Assembly (NCBI GenBank): GCA_964434735.1 | Contig: CAYSWK010000002.1 | Coordinates: 634-64,633 of the forward strand | DNA: 64,000 bases | Direction of reading: 5' to 3' | DNA from: Candidatus Micrarchaeota archaeon | Lineage (GTDB): Archaea > Micrarchaeota > Micrarchaeia > Anstonellales > Bilamarchaeaceae | Shown here: one piece after another, positions 9,970 through 20,713 of the stretch | Layout of the letters: every line of letters starts with the position of its first letter | Position numbering within the stretch: position 1 is the stretch's first letter | The notes under the pieces: generated by a model | Told to the model about the DNA's origin: nothing | The model's input: the letters and a program-made list of their open reading frames with translations, nothing else | The model's database searches: none | Position numbers and translations under genes: made by a program

Positions 9970-10647
9970 ATGAAATACCGAATTGATGGAACAACATTAC
10001 AGACAGTTACCGTTGAACTCTCAAAAGGAGAACTTGTGTATTCTGAATCAGGTGCAATGGCTTGGATGAGCGATAATATTGACATGCAAAGCGAAATGAA
10101 AGGCGGCATGGGCGGAGCGCTTGGAAGGATGTTTACGGGCGAATCATTATTCTTAGTCAATTTCACGTGCTTAGGCGAGCAGGGCGTAGTTACCTTCGCA
10201 AGCGATTTTCCAGGAAAAATACTCGCACTTGACCTCAAAGCAGGACAAAGCATGATCTGCCAAAAGGACGCATTCTTGTTTGCAGAAAAAAACGTGCAGG
10301 TAAAGACACATTTCAGGAAAAAATTAGGTGTTGGGCTTATGGGCGGCGAAGGATTTTTCCTTCAGGAATTATCAGGCCCCGGGCTTGCATTCGTATCACT
10401 TGACGGTGAAATTACCGAAATGGAATTGAAACCCGGACAAAAACTAAAGGTAGACACTGGGTGCCTTGCCATGTACGAACCAAGCGTGAAATTCGAAGTT
10501 GAAATGGTCAAGGGAGTAAAAAACATGATCTTTGGCGGCGAAGGATTGTTCCTGGCAACCGTAGAAGGCCCAGGAAAAGTTTGGCTTCAAAGCATGCCTG
10601 CATCAAGCCTGGCGGCAGTAGTTGCGCAGTACATACCTCGGGGCTAA
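9970..10647 (+). CDS. AIM24/DUF124 (TIGR00266) family protein
   Basis: [34 protein letters not shown]... matches the conserved N-terminus of the AIM24/DUF124 family. Confidence 0.55.
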   Translation: MKYRIDGTTLQTVTVELSKGELVYSESGAMAWMSDNIDMQSEMKGGMGGALGRMFTGESLFLVNFTCLGEQGVVTFASDFPGKILALDLKAGQSMICQKDAFLFAEKNVQVKTHFRKKLGVGLMGGEGFFLQELSGPGLAFVSLDGEITEMELKPGQKLKVDTGCLAMYEPSVKFEVEMVKGVKNMIFGGEGLFLATVEGPGKVWLQSMPASSLAAVVAQYIPRG

Positions 10648-10927
10648 GCCCTTTTTTGGTTTTTTAATGAATACGGCACTCAAAATCGGACTTGCGCTTT
10701 TTGCTTCATTAGTGCTTGGTGCACTTTTGATGGGGCTTGTGCTAATGCTTGGGATAGTCTCGCTTCCGTTTTGGGTAATAGGCATCGTCCTTGGAATTGT
10801 TGTTTTTGTCATATTTGCAATCCTTCATTTTACGTACGCAGTGTATGCATTCATTGATGAGATAACAAAAGAAAAAACACAGGTAAGCGACGGATATTCA
10901 ATAGGCCAAAGCAAGGAGTCAAAATAG
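10622..10927 (+). CDS. small membrane protein
   Basis: 101 aa, three hydrophobic helices. Confidence 0.35.
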   Translation: MRSTYLGAKPFFGFLMNTALKIGLALFASLVLGALLMGLVLMLGIVSLPFWVIGIVLGIVVFVIFAILHFTYAVYAFIDEITKEKTQVSDGYSIGQSKESK

Positions 10928-10928
10928 C

Positions 10929-11267
10929 CTATTTTCGAGAACGGCCTTGAACGACTTCAATCTCCTTGTGCAATGACCACCAGAGGATAGTTCGGATTAT
11001 GACGATAAGAAAAATGCTTACAATCTCGTAAAAAGAAGTATTAAGCATAAGCCTCAAAAGGTCGGAAGCGACAAAAAAATCAAGAGAAAGAATGATTTTT
11101 TTAATGAAGAACCGTTTTGCAGAAATATCCTCAGGGATCTTCAGTATGTCTACCTTGATAAATTTAAACAATGAAAAAAAAGCCCCATATAAGACAAGAA
11201 CGGTTGCAATAATATCGAGTGCAAATACGGCACTACCAACAAAGAATTGCCATGCTTCAAAATACAT
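10929..11267 (-). CDS. small membrane protein
   Basis: 112 aa, hydrophobic helices. Confidence 0.35.
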   Translation of the reverse strand: MYFEAWQFFVGSAVFALDIIATVLVLYGAFFSLFKFIKVDILKIPEDISAKRFFIKKIILSLDFFVASDLLRLMLNTSFYEIVSIFLIVIIRTILWWSLHKEIEVVQGRSRK

Positions 11268-11364
11268 GAAGGGAATTCCGTGGGAGGATTTTTATTCATG
11301 GCGGAACAAGGATAGGGTAAGAAACAACTGGCAGGAATAGGGGGGTTAACAACAGGGAACGAAC

Positions 11365-12696
11365 GTGCTTGGTTGGACCATAACTAAGGAAGGGGACTAT
11401 CTCATCAAATTGCCTACCCTAAGCAAGGAAGAGGAAGAACTCATTTCGCTTCTTGAAGGCAAATTCCTTGAATCTGTGCGTTCCGCAAAGGCGCACGGGC
11501 CTGAAGACATCAAAAAAATAATACTTGCCATTCTTGACGACTATGCAAAAACGAACGGATTCTATCTTGAACGAGACCAACGCAACTACCTTGGAACAAT
11601 TGCGCATATGCACCTCTATGGTGCCGCATTCCTTGACCCGCTTCTTGAAGACTCATCCATTGAAGAAATAAGCATTATTGGCCTCAACAAACCTGCATAT
11701 GTCTATATCCGCAACAAAGGATGGCTTGGGGTAAATGCACAATTTACAAACGAGTCAACCCTTGCAGAAACAATCAATAAAATTTCTCAAACACACGGAA
11801 GACGGATTACGCTTCAAAACCCCAAGCTCAACGCATCACTCCAGGATGGCTCACGACTCCATGCAACCCTCCATCCTATTTCAGAAGGGGAAATAACCAT
11901 ACGAAAATTCAAGGAACGCCCCTTTTCAATCCCGGAACTTGCACAAAACCAAACGCTCAACCCAGAAATTGCAGCGTTCCTGTGGATTGTCATGCAAAGC
12001 GATTCAAGCGTCCTTGTATGCGGCAACACCGCAAGCGGGAAAACAACCTTGCTCAACGCCTTGTTTGCATATGTCCCAGCAAACGAACGAATCGTTATTA
12101 CGGAAGAGACGCCGGAAATAAACGTCCTGCACACGCACCAAGTACGCCTTGTTGCAAACAAAGAAATGAACGTTTCACTCCTTGATTTATTGCATGACTC
12201 ATTACGTATGAGGCCCGACCGGCTCATTATCGGAGAAGTGCGCACTCCCGAAGAAACGCATGCACTTTTTGACGCGCTCCTTGCAGGACAAGCGCGCGGA
12301 TGCTACGCAACGTTTCATGCACAATCTGTTGAAGAGGCAAAAAGGCGCATCATCCATGCAGGAATCCCCAAAGAGGACATTTCAACAATAAATTGCATCA
12401 TCATTCAAAGAAGGATACTCAAGTACGATCAGAAAACAAAAACAAACACCGAACTCAGGCGGCTTGTTGAAGTTGAATGTTTTGGTGAACAGATTGCAGT
12501 GTATGATATAACCAAAGGAACCTACGAAATAAACATTTCAAATAACGTATATGAGCTGCTTTGTAAAAAACTTGGAGTAAGTGCGCTTGAAGTGAAAAAG
12601 GAGCAGGAAAAAAGGCGCGCGTTCATTGAAAAAGCGCCGGAAAACCATAGGGAATTCTTTGGCGGATTGCAGAAAAAATGGTACGGGGTTGCATGA
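11365..12696 (+). CDS. type IV filament assembly ATPase (FlaI/TadA/VirB11 family)
   Basis: Walker A VLVCGNTASGKTTLLNAL, Asp box, Walker B LIIGEVR, His box ATFHA; GTG start in ORF track. Confidence 0.8.
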   Translation: MLGWTITKEGDYLIKLPTLSKEEEELISLLEGKFLESVRSAKAHGPEDIKKIILAILDDYAKTNGFYLERDQRNYLGTIAHMHLYGAAFLDPLLEDSSIEEISIIGLNKPAYVYIRNKGWLGVNAQFTNESTLAETINKISQTHGRRITLQNPKLNASLQDGSRLHATLHPISEGEITIRKFKERPFSIPELAQNQTLNPEIAAFLWIVMQSDSSVLVCGNTASGKTTLLNALFAYVPANERIVITEETPEINVLHTHQVRLVANKEMNVSLLDLLHDSLRMRPDRLIIGEVRTPEETHALFDALLAGQARGCYATFHAQSVEEAKRRIIHAGIPKEDISTINCIIIQRRILKYDQKTKTNTELRRLVEVECFGEQIAVYDITKGTYEINISNNVYELLCKKLGVSALEVKKEQEKRRAFIEKAPENHREFFGGLQKKWYGVA

Positions 12697-14237
12697 AAAC
12701 GCTCTTTGATATAGCAAAACGCATGCCTGCACTGATTGATTATATCGACCCTTCGCTTGAAAAAATCGAGCCCACACTTCACCCTTCAAAATATGCCTCG
12801 TTAGTTATCATAAGCACGCTTCTTTCATTTGCAATCGGATATGCTGTGCTTGGTGTCCCGGGCGCAGTAGGGTTTGGAATTTGTGCGGCCTTGTTTTTCA
12901 TTCTTCTTCCAAAACTTGAGGAACGTTCGCAAGTTGCGACAATGGAAGCAGAACTGCCGTACATGCTTCAAACAATTGCGCTTTTTATGAACTTGAAAAT
13001 CCCTTTTGGTCAGGCGCTTGAACTTACCAAAAGCGACTCGCCCCTTGGATTGCAGCTTGGAATACTTCATTCTGAAACGATGCGGGGAGTGCCGTTTTCA
13101 AAAGCAATACTTGAACGGGTAAAGGCGATCAATTCAGAAAAAATCACGCGCGTGTTCTCACAATTGATAAGCATTCACCGCTCAGGAGCGACTGCGGATT
13201 CGCTTGAGCACCTTGCACAGGACCTTATGTTCCAAAAAAGACTTGATATGAAAGAGCATGCGGCACGCGCCTCGGTTTTTGGAATGACATTCATCATCCT
13301 TTCCGCAGTGCTTCCGACCTTTCTTGTAGTTATGGGAATCGTGGGTCCTGCAACGGGATTTGGACTTGGAATGCTTGAAATAACACTTGCGCTGCTCGTA
13401 GGAATTCCACTCATTGACGGACTTTTGGTTATTTTGATGCACAAAAGCGCACCCATCGATGTTTTCACAAAAAAGAATGATGGAAAACTCATAGGAATTG
13501 GGATCGGATGCGGGATTGCGGGTGCCCTTGCTGCCCTTGTGTTCCCCCAATATGTATGGCATGTTCTTCTCGTACTTTTTGCACTAGCAAGCATCTATGC
13601 AATACCCTTTTACAAAAAGGAAAACCACGAAGAAAAAATTCATGACCAAATGCCAAACGCACTTATGGGTGCATCATCACTTTCGCCGCTTGCACGCCCG
13701 AACGATTTTTTTGAAGCATTGAAAAATTCCTCAGGAAAGGAGCTTGCAGGCGAATGCGACATTTCCCAAAAGCAGCTGCTTTCAAAGGCATCGCTTGAAT
13801 CGGTGCTGGAGGATTGGCATTCACGAATACCTGCAAAATGGATGAAACATTTTGTTGATGTTTCACTTCAGGTGTTCAACACGAACTCATTCTCAAAACT
13901 GCATACGCTTGCAGAGGATATGCTTTGGAAAAAGGAACAGGCACGCGAACGAAAGGCATTGCTTTCGACCCAAAAATATACGCTCGTGCTTGGATCGTTC
14001 ATCGTTCCCTTAATACTGGGGCAAGTCATCGTGCTTGCAGGAAGCCTTTCTGAAAACTTTGGAAAAAGTGCGATTGAATTTGAAACGCTGCATGATTCCA
14101 TAATCCCTGCATACCTTATCCTTTACGCACTCTTGTGCGGGATATACCTTTCCTGGCTTGATGATGCGCCCTACCGGTCAGTTGCGTATGGTGCTGCCAT
14201 CGCACTCTTTTCACTTGCCGTTTTCTGGTTCTTATAA
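12678..14237 (+). CDS. FlaJ/TadC-like polytopic membrane platform protein (T2SS-F domain)
   Basis: 519 aa, multiple TM helices with cytoplasmic loops; ATG overlaps stop of upstream ATPase by 19 nt (coupled). Confidence 0.55.
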   Translation: MVRGCMKTLFDIAKRMPALIDYIDPSLEKIEPTLHPSKYASLVIISTLLSFAIGYAVLGVPGAVGFGICAALFFILLPKLEERSQVATMEAELPYMLQTIALFMNLKIPFGQALELTKSDSPLGLQLGILHSETMRGVPFSKAILERVKAINSEKITRVFSQLISIHRSGATADSLEHLAQDLMFQKRLDMKEHAARASVFGMTFIILSAVLPTFLVVMGIVGPATGFGLGMLEITLALLVGIPLIDGLLVILMHKSAPIDVFTKKNDGKLIGIGIGCGIAGALAALVFPQYVWHVLLVLFALASIYAIPFYKKENHEEKIHDQMPNALMGASSLSPLARPNDFFEALKNSSGKELAGECDISQKQLLSKASLESVLEDWHSRIPAKWMKHFVDVSLQVFNTNSFSKLHTLAEDMLWKKEQARERKALLSTQKYTLVLGSFIVPLILGQVIVLAGSLSENFGKSAIEFETLHDSIIPAYLILYALLCGIYLSWLDDAPYRSVAYGAAIALFSLAVFWFL

Positions 14238-14837
14238 TTTTTTAATAAGAAAAAGCGCTTGTTTTACAAAATGCTCATGAAATACGGTTGACGTAAGTTC
14301 CGGATGAAACGAACAGGCAAGAAAATACCTTCCTTTGGTTTTTTCCTCAAGCGCAATAGGCTCCTTCTCGTACGTAGCTAAGACAGTTACGTCTTTTTCA
14401 TATGAAAGGACTTTAGGTGCCCGGATAAAAATGGCATGAATAGAACCAAGCGTGGTTTGGATGTCGGTCTCAAAACTTTCCCCTTGCGAACCATATGCGT
14501 TCCTATCAACTAAAATGTTCATCAATTCAAGCGTTTCCTGGTCTGGTAGGCCATGTTCAATATGTTTTGCAAGCATGATCATACCTGCACACGTTCCAAA
14601 AATGGCAGGAACTTGTTTTAATTTTTCAAACATACCCTCGCGAACAGTAAGCTTATGAAGAACGGTGCTTTCCCCGCCGGGAATAATAATGCCTAACAAA
14701 CCATCAAGATCTTCGCTGTAACGAACCTCACGTATTTCTGCATCCACTTTAAGGGTTATGCACGCACGCGTAATCGCACTAATATGCTCTGCAACTCCGC
14801 CCTGAATTGCAAGAACTCCAAAAACAGGTTTTTTCAT
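14232..14837 (-). CDS. pdxT: pyridoxal 5'-phosphate synthase glutaminase subunit PdxT
   Basis: VLAIQGGVAEHISAI...IIPGGESTV...GTCAGMIMLA...FHPE class-I glutamine amidotransferase triad region. Confidence 0.85.
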   Translation of the reverse strand: MKKPVFGVLAIQGGVAEHISAITRACITLKVDAEIREVRYSEDLDGLLGIIIPGGESTVLHKLTVREGMFEKLKQVPAIFGTCAGMIMLAKHIEHGLPDQETLELMNILVDRNAYGSQGESFETDIQTTLGSIHAIFIRAPKVLSYEKDVTVLATYEKEPIALEEKTKGRYFLACSFHPELTSTVFHEHFVKQALFLIKKL

Positions 14838-14876
14838 GTATATCCCTATGGGAACGGAATAATTAATTCATTTGCA

Positions 14877-16418
14877 TTAGTCGGATAATCGTATTTCCCC
14901 AACAGTAACCCGTTCATCAACGCTGATAGTAATTGGGCGTTCAACAACTACTTGTCCAACTGCGTTTTGTACGGACAATACGTTAATGTCAGTCAATGCC
15001 AATAAACGTTCAGGGTTTAACGCAAGGCTTATCAAAAGAATTCCTGAATCTGCCAAAAGTCCGCGGGCGTGCCCATCTAACGTCCGCATATCGCTGCGCC
15101 ACCCGCCAGGATTATTTTCAATTATTGCCGCAGCATTGCAAATATGGTGGAATGAAAGGCACCCTCCTCTTCTTGCAGGATTATACAGAAGGTCGGGAGT
15201 TGCAACAAGCACGTATCCTTTATTTTCCCGATTGAATTTTTCAACAAGTTGTACGTCATCGCCGTTAACAGATGCACCTATAAAAAGTATTTTTTGGGAC
15301 GTTATTTTTCCGATTCCAATAACTTCATCACTAAAACCGATTTGAGAAAAATCATCACATCGTTGTTTTATATCAAAAACAGGCTGATCAAACTCAAGTG
15401 CTCTTGAAAGCTGCAGAATAACAGGGACGGGAACACTCGCATCTTCAGTTGCAAATTCCATATAAAAGGTATTTCCAAGTTGATCTCCAAGCTGAAGAAG
15501 TGTGGGTGCAGTTGACCTAAATAAATGACCTGCATCATATTCGGCAGATACAAGGCCAGAATTCAAATAACAGTCTCTTTCAGAAAACGCAGCACGTCTT
15601 CTACGAAGAACCTCGGCTGAACTATCATAAGCGTCTAAATCCCTATACTGCGCACGTATGGCCCCTAAGGTTTGCATATCAAAAAGAATCGGCCTAACAA
15701 CTCCATCAACTGCACGGCTTCCAAAACCATTTGCAACTGCCATCTTTGCCTGAGCGTCCAAATACCGCGTATACCCGCATCCTGAAATTTCGGGGTAAAA
15801 AAATTGGCCTGTGATCGTTTGAGAAAACCCGTCAAATACCTCACGAATCCGTTCCCTGCCGACTACGGGCAGAATCCAAAGCGCGGCCTGTAAATCAATT
15901 CCTTTGCGCTCAAGATAACTTTGAGTATTTTTTGAAAAAGTTGAAAAAAATGCTTTTTGTACTGCTCTTTGCAATTTTTGTAAATCCTGCTCAAACGTTC
16001 CGTTTAGGTACACAAGCTCGGTTTGTGTTACCCCGACTCCTCGCGATTCGCCAACTAAAGAAGGCCTAATTGCAATAACTTTTCCGCGCAATTGTTTTGC
16101 AATAATTGAAAGAAAAGACATCTGTTCAGAAGTAAAATCAATGGATAATTGCAAAAGAAATTGATCGTGCCCATCTTGGCTTAAAGCCCTAAGCTCAGGC
16201 AATTTTGTCCGCATACCGTAAGGCCCTTCCATAAAACGATCAAAAAATCCCGTTTGAAGCACAAACCCGTTTGGTGGAAGACGAGCACCGGCAGCGCAAA
16301 TCTCATCTGCATGGGAATAAACCGTAGTTACTTTATCCCCGTCTTGTCCTCCGCCATATTGTGTAGGAAATTTTTCCCTGCGTAAAGCTGAACGTAAAAA
16401 AATACCCAATCTCTGCAT
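14877..16418 (-). CDS. hypothetical protein (513 aa)
   Basis: long ORF, no motif I can assign; downstream of pdxT. Confidence 0.4.
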   Translation of the reverse strand: MQRLGIFLRSALRREKFPTQYGGGQDGDKVTTVYSHADEICAAGARLPPNGFVLQTGFFDRFMEGPYGMRTKLPELRALSQDGHDQFLLQLSIDFTSEQMSFLSIIAKQLRGKVIAIRPSLVGESRGVGVTQTELVYLNGTFEQDLQKLQRAVQKAFFSTFSKNTQSYLERKGIDLQAALWILPVVGRERIREVFDGFSQTITGQFFYPEISGCGYTRYLDAQAKMAVANGFGSRAVDGVVRPILFDMQTLGAIRAQYRDLDAYDSSAEVLRRRRAAFSERDCYLNSGLVSAEYDAGHLFRSTAPTLLQLGDQLGNTFYMEFATEDASVPVPVILQLSRALEFDQPVFDIKQRCDDFSQIGFSDEVIGIGKITSQKILFIGASVNGDDVQLVEKFNRENKGYVLVATPDLLYNPARRGGCLSFHHICNAAAIIENNPGGWRSDMRTLDGHARGLLADSGILLISLALNPERLLALTDINVLSVQNAVGQVVVERPITISVDERVTVGEIRLSD

Positions 16419-16506
16419 ATTATTTATTTTGGTTAAATATGTTTATAAATGATTATTTTCGTAGTTTTTGTGCAAGACAGACAGTTTATTCTAAAAAGTA
16501 AAAAAA

Positions 16507-16917
16507 TCAATGACTTCGCATGCGCCCTGGTTTTGGTTGAGGTCCCGCAAGAAGTTTTGCCGCATCTGATTTTGGCTTAACCATTACTTTAGTATCAGTG
16601 CTATACAGGTGCCTTGAAGCAGCGCCACCTTGAACGAGAGGTATGAGTTGCGTAGGGTCGCCTTGTTTACGCTCTTTTTTCCCAGTTGTAAGTTCAACTA
16701 CCTCTATGTGCGTACGTTCAGCATTTGAGCGTGGAACCAAATACAATTTTGGAACCGAAGGTGCACTACCACGGATAGTAACCTGTTCAGTGGTGGTAAA
16801 ATATATGCCCAATCCTCGAAGTTTCTTTCTACACGGCCCATCAGGACAAAAAAGAACACCAATATGGTGAATTCCATTAACTGTTGCTTCCAAAACAAAT
16901 GCTTTCATATCGCCCAT
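16507..16917 (-). CDS. hypothetical protein
   Basis: 136-aa ORF. Confidence 0.3.
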   Translation of the reverse strand: MGDMKAFVLEATVNGIHHIGVLFCPDGPCRKKLRGLGIYFTTTEQVTIRGSAPSVPKLYLVPRSNAERTHIEVVELTTGKKERKQGDPTQLIPLVQGGAASRHLYSTDTKVMVKPKSDAAKLLAGPQPKPGRMRSH

Positions 16918-16955
16918 ACTAACCCACTCTCAAAACGAATAAGAAAGAAAAGGAT

Positions 16956-17339
16956 TTAGAAATTGAGCTGTTGAGCAACTGCTGCTGCCTTTTCGTTTGT
17001 AATCATCATAAATGAAATGCAGTCCCAGGTACGCTTAGTTTCATCAAACTTGATAGTTGCAACGAGCGGATAGGGCAATTTCTTTTCGATGTGCTTTCCT
17101 GCGCTCACAACATCAAGAATAGGGAATAATTTCATAGTGACGTTAAAGTATGCGCTCCAGCCATTTGTACGGTCCTGAACGACGACTTCTGTCGGATCCG
17201 GGAACCCTTCACCTACGATATCCTTGACACGAAATTGCATTGTTGAATGCTTTGAAAGTTCTTGGGTAACTCGAGGGATGATGATGCTTTTTGCCTCATC
17301 CCAGGTAAGCTTTGGAATTTTTACTGTTTCTTTAATCAT
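16956..17339 (-). CDS. hypothetical protein
   Basis: 127-aa ORF. Confidence 0.3.
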   Translation of the reverse strand: MIKETVKIPKLTWDEAKSIIIPRVTQELSKHSTMQFRVKDIVGEGFPDPTEVVVQDRTNGWSAYFNVTMKLFPILDVVSAGKHIEKKLPYPLVATIKFDETKRTWDCISFMMITNEKAAAVAQQLNF

Positions 17340-17460
17340 TCATACCACGTCCGGGCTACTACACAATAGTCAAATGTTTATAATGCTTCTTGCAAAGAGG
17401 ATAAAAACAAATGCACTGATTTGCACGCTCTTTTTAAGCCTCTCACTTCTCAAGTTATCT

Positions 17461-18684
17461 ATGAAAGCAGTCATACTTGCAGCCGGGGAAGGAACGCGCA
17501 TGCGCCCCTTTACGTATTCAAGGCCAAAGGCGCTTGTCCAGGTGGCGGGAAAACCTATACTTTCCCATATCCTTGCCGCGTGCAAAAAAGCAGGAGTAAC
17601 TCAGGTGTGCATAGTGGTGCGCCATCTTGAGGAACAGATCCGCTCATATGTTAAAGAGGAATCTCAAGGCCTTTCAATCACGTGCGTCAGCCAAGGAAAA
17701 GAGAACGGGACTGCTGCCGCACTTTTGGCAGCATCCAACTTTTTAGATGATGATACGCTCGTGCTCGCTGGCGACGGGCTTGTGGATTCTTCAGTGCTTA
17801 CGCAACTTATTGAATCACACAAAAAAGGAATCACCTGCGGATTAACTGAGGTGAAAAACCCTTCTGCATACGGCGTTGCAATAGTGAAAAATGAATTGAT
17901 TGAACGCTTTGAGGAAAAACCCGCACACCCAAAGTCAAACCTTGCAAACACGGCAATGTATGTTTTCGATGCCGAATCGGCCCAACGCGCAAAACAGGTG
18001 AAAAAAAGCCCTCGCGGCGAGTTTGAAATGACTGACCTGCTTGTAGGCGCACGTGCAGTAACCATCAAAGGCATGTGGTTTGACGTTGGAAACTCATGGA
18101 ATTTATTTGAAGCAAACGAACTTCTCTTAAAATCGATGAAAGCAAAAACGGCTGGAAAAGTCGAGAACTGCCGCATTGACGGAAAGCTCATTATCGAAAA
18201 GGGCGCGACCATTGTTGACAGCACTATTGAAGGAATGGTATACGTTGGTGCGGATACGCACATCGGACCGCACTCGTTTTTGAAAGGTGCAACTTCAATT
18301 GGAAAAAACTGCGCCATTGGCGATTCCACGTCAATCAAGAACAGCATCCTTTTTGACCACGTGAACGCAAAACACCTTTCGTACATTGGCGATTCGGTGA
18401 TTGGTTCAAACGTCAATTTTGGTGCCGGAACGCAAATTGCAAATTACCGCTTTGATTCAGGGCAAATCAGTGCCCAAACAGAAAAAGGCCTCATCCCTAC
18501 GGGAAGGAACAAGCTTGGCTGCTTTGTTGGCGACAACGTCAAATTCGGCGTGCTTTCCTGCACGTTCCCCGGCATCTCTATAGGGGATAATGCATGGATT
18601 GGCCCGGGAACAGTCGTTTCAAAAAACGTTGAGCGCAACACGCACGTATACGTAAAACAAACGCTGCAGGTTGACAGGGTTTGA
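17461..18684 (+). CDS. sugar-1-phosphate nucleotidyltransferase with C-terminal left-handed beta-helix (GlmU/RmlA-like bifunctional enzyme)
   Basis: MKAVILAAGEGTRMRPFTYSRPKALVQVAGKPIL (nucleotidyltransferase G-loop) and hexapeptide repeats (IGDSVIGSNVNFGAGTQIAN...) in C-terminal half; start moved to ATG at 17461. Confidence 0.75.
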   Translation: MKAVILAAGEGTRMRPFTYSRPKALVQVAGKPILSHILAACKKAGVTQVCIVVRHLEEQIRSYVKEESQGLSITCVSQGKENGTAAALLAASNFLDDDTLVLAGDGLVDSSVLTQLIESHKKGITCGLTEVKNPSAYGVAIVKNELIERFEEKPAHPKSNLANTAMYVFDAESAQRAKQVKKSPRGEFEMTDLLVGARAVTIKGMWFDVGNSWNLFEANELLLKSMKAKTAGKVENCRIDGKLIIEKGATIVDSTIEGMVYVGADTHIGPHSFLKGATSIGKNCAIGDSTSIKNSILFDHVNAKHLSYIGDSVIGSNVNFGAGTQIANYRFDSGQISAQTEKGLIPTGRNKLGCFVGDNVKFGVLSCTFPGISIGDNAWIGPGTVVSKNVERNTHVYVKQTLQVDRV

Positions 18685-19549
18685 TTACGTGGATCCCGGA
18701 ATCGTCTTTGCGCTCCTCTCACTCATTGCGTGGGGAACCTCTGACTTTTTGATAGGGTACGCAAGCAAAAAAATCGATGAAATTACTACGCTTTTGTATG
18801 GTAAGGTGGCTGGTCTTCTTGTTGTTCTTTCATTTGCATTTGGCCTGGAAGTACCACTTGTTGCGCCTTCTGATTTTAATGGATATGTCTTTCTTTTTAG
18901 CGCCGCACTCACCACAACGGTTGCGTGGTTTTTGTTTGCGCAAGCATTCAAAAAAGGCCTTATCTCAATTTTAAGCCCCATTGGAAATGCATGGGGAATT
19001 GTAACGATTGCACTTGGCGTTATGTTCCTTGGCCAATCAATCAATGAAAAAATACTTCTTGGAATGGTGCTTGTCCTAGGGGGAATGATTGTAACTTCAA
19101 TTAATTTCAAGGAAATCGGAAAACACGCGCGAACATCAGCACTTTTTTTTAACGGAGTTCCTCAAACAATTGTTGCGATGTTTTTATGGGGGATTTTTTT
19201 TGTTTTTGTTGACTTGAGCGTGCATGCAACGTCATGGATTTCATTCGTTGTTTTCTCAGAACTAATTTCCATAGTTTTGATTCTTATATATGGAATAGGC
19301 AAAAAAATTGAATCTATAAAAAACGTCCCATTGCGCGTGTTTGGATTTGGAGTCGCAAACGCACTTGGTTCAAGCTTCTACGGGCTTGCACTGCTAACGC
19401 TTCCCACCACGGTTGCGGCACCCATTGTAAGTGCGTTGCCCTTGGTCGCAGTAATGCTTGCACATTTTGTGCTTAAGGAAAAACTTGCAAAAATTCAGTA
19501 TCTTGGAATCATTGCCGTTGTTTGCGGGATTATCATTCTTTCCTTATAA
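18671..19549 (+). CDS. EamA/DMT-family transporter
   Basis: ~10 TM helices in two repeated halves; overlaps upstream stop. Confidence 0.55.
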   Translation: MTGFDYVDPGIVFALLSLIAWGTSDFLIGYASKKIDEITTLLYGKVAGLLVVLSFAFGLEVPLVAPSDFNGYVFLFSAALTTTVAWFLFAQAFKKGLISILSPIGNAWGIVTIALGVMFLGQSINEKILLGMVLVLGGMIVTSINFKEIGKHARTSALFFNGVPQTIVAMFLWGIFFVFVDLSVHATSWISFVVFSELISIVLILIYGIGKKIESIKNVPLRVFGFGVANALGSSFYGLALLTLPTTVAAPIVSALPLVAVMLAHFVLKEKLAKIQYLGIIAVVCGIIILSL

Positions 19550-20689
19550 TCAATAGTTTCCTCTTAATACTAATTCGACCTGTTCAAGAGCCCCCAGTAA
19601 AAGAAGCTCCTCTGATACAAATCCGTATTTACGGACAGTTTCATAACTACCAAGGTAATTTGAGCCATGGTTAACGTCTAGCTCTACAATTGAATTAAGA
19701 GAGGCAAGAAGCACGTCGTAAAGGCCATGAGCATCTGCGATGGCTAGAACATCAAGAAGCGCAGATTTGTCTTTAGATAGGCATTCGCACAATTTTCGTG
19801 CAAGCTCCCCTGCCTGTTCAGGAGCATATTCTCCTGCAAGGACATATGCTCGTTCAAGGAACACCTTTCCCTCCTTTTGGGCAAGTTGTTCAATTGCACG
19901 AATGATGCGGGGTGCGAGTTCAGTATCTGGGGCACCATCATGATTGATTAATATGCCCTTGATTCTTAACTCGAAAATCCTCCTGGCTAAATGATATGGA
20001 GAAGTATAGGGGGGGTCAAGAAGAATACGATCTATTGCTTCTATCGAACTTGTAGGTATGTGCGTAATTGGCGCATGTTCTTCTTCGTAAGGAGCTTCCA
20101 CAGGGGATTTTCTTTTTGCAACGCGTGCCAAAAGAGCTGTAGATCCATTGTTGATAATTGAGATAAGCGCTTCATGCACCTCAGGATTATACTTTTTTTC
20201 TTGTTCATAAAGTGTGCAAAGGCTTTTACGTGCAAATGCGACGAGAGCATTTTGTATTTCATATAATTGTGTAAGAATATGCCCCATCTCAAGAGTCATG
20301 GCAATTGAAAACGAATAGTCCTGTTGCGGATAACGGGATATTCCTATTTGCAATTCTCTTGCCCTGAATTCAAGAACATGAGCCGCCGCATCACGTACTG
20401 GATTTTTTCCAAAACGCCCAAGCCATTCCTTGAAATTTTTCCCCTCAAGAACGGCCCGCTGTAATTCCTGTGAAAGGTAAGGATATACCATTAATAGTTG
20501 AGGATATGCGCAGGGAATTTCAGATTTTCCAATCCATTTTTGTGCAACGCTTTGGGCAGGTTCGTGCATATCAGGATCGCGCATAAGTACTTTTCTAAAA
20601 ACAGTATGTAACTCTCTGTCAGGACATTTTGCCATTAATCTTTCTAAAGAAAATTGACCGTGGTTAGCAGTAAGAACGATTGGTTTCAT
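19550..20689 (-). CDS. hypothetical protein (379 aa)
   Basis: long soluble ORF without recognisable motif. Confidence 0.4.
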   Translation of the reverse strand: MKPIVLTANHGQFSLERLMAKCPDRELHTVFRKVLMRDPDMHEPAQSVAQKWIGKSEIPCAYPQLLMVYPYLSQELQRAVLEGKNFKEWLGRFGKNPVRDAAAHVLEFRARELQIGISRYPQQDYSFSIAMTLEMGHILTQLYEIQNALVAFARKSLCTLYEQEKKYNPEVHEALISIINNGSTALLARVAKRKSPVEAPYEEEHAPITHIPTSSIEAIDRILLDPPYTSPYHLARRIFELRIKGILINHDGAPDTELAPRIIRAIEQLAQKEGKVFLERAYVLAGEYAPEQAGELARKLCECLSKDKSALLDVLAIADAHGLYDVLLASLNSIVELDVNHGSNYLGSYETVRKYGFVSEELLLLGALEQVELVLRGNY

Positions 20690-20713
20690 GTTGTTTCTGA
20701 TGTATAGATAAGT

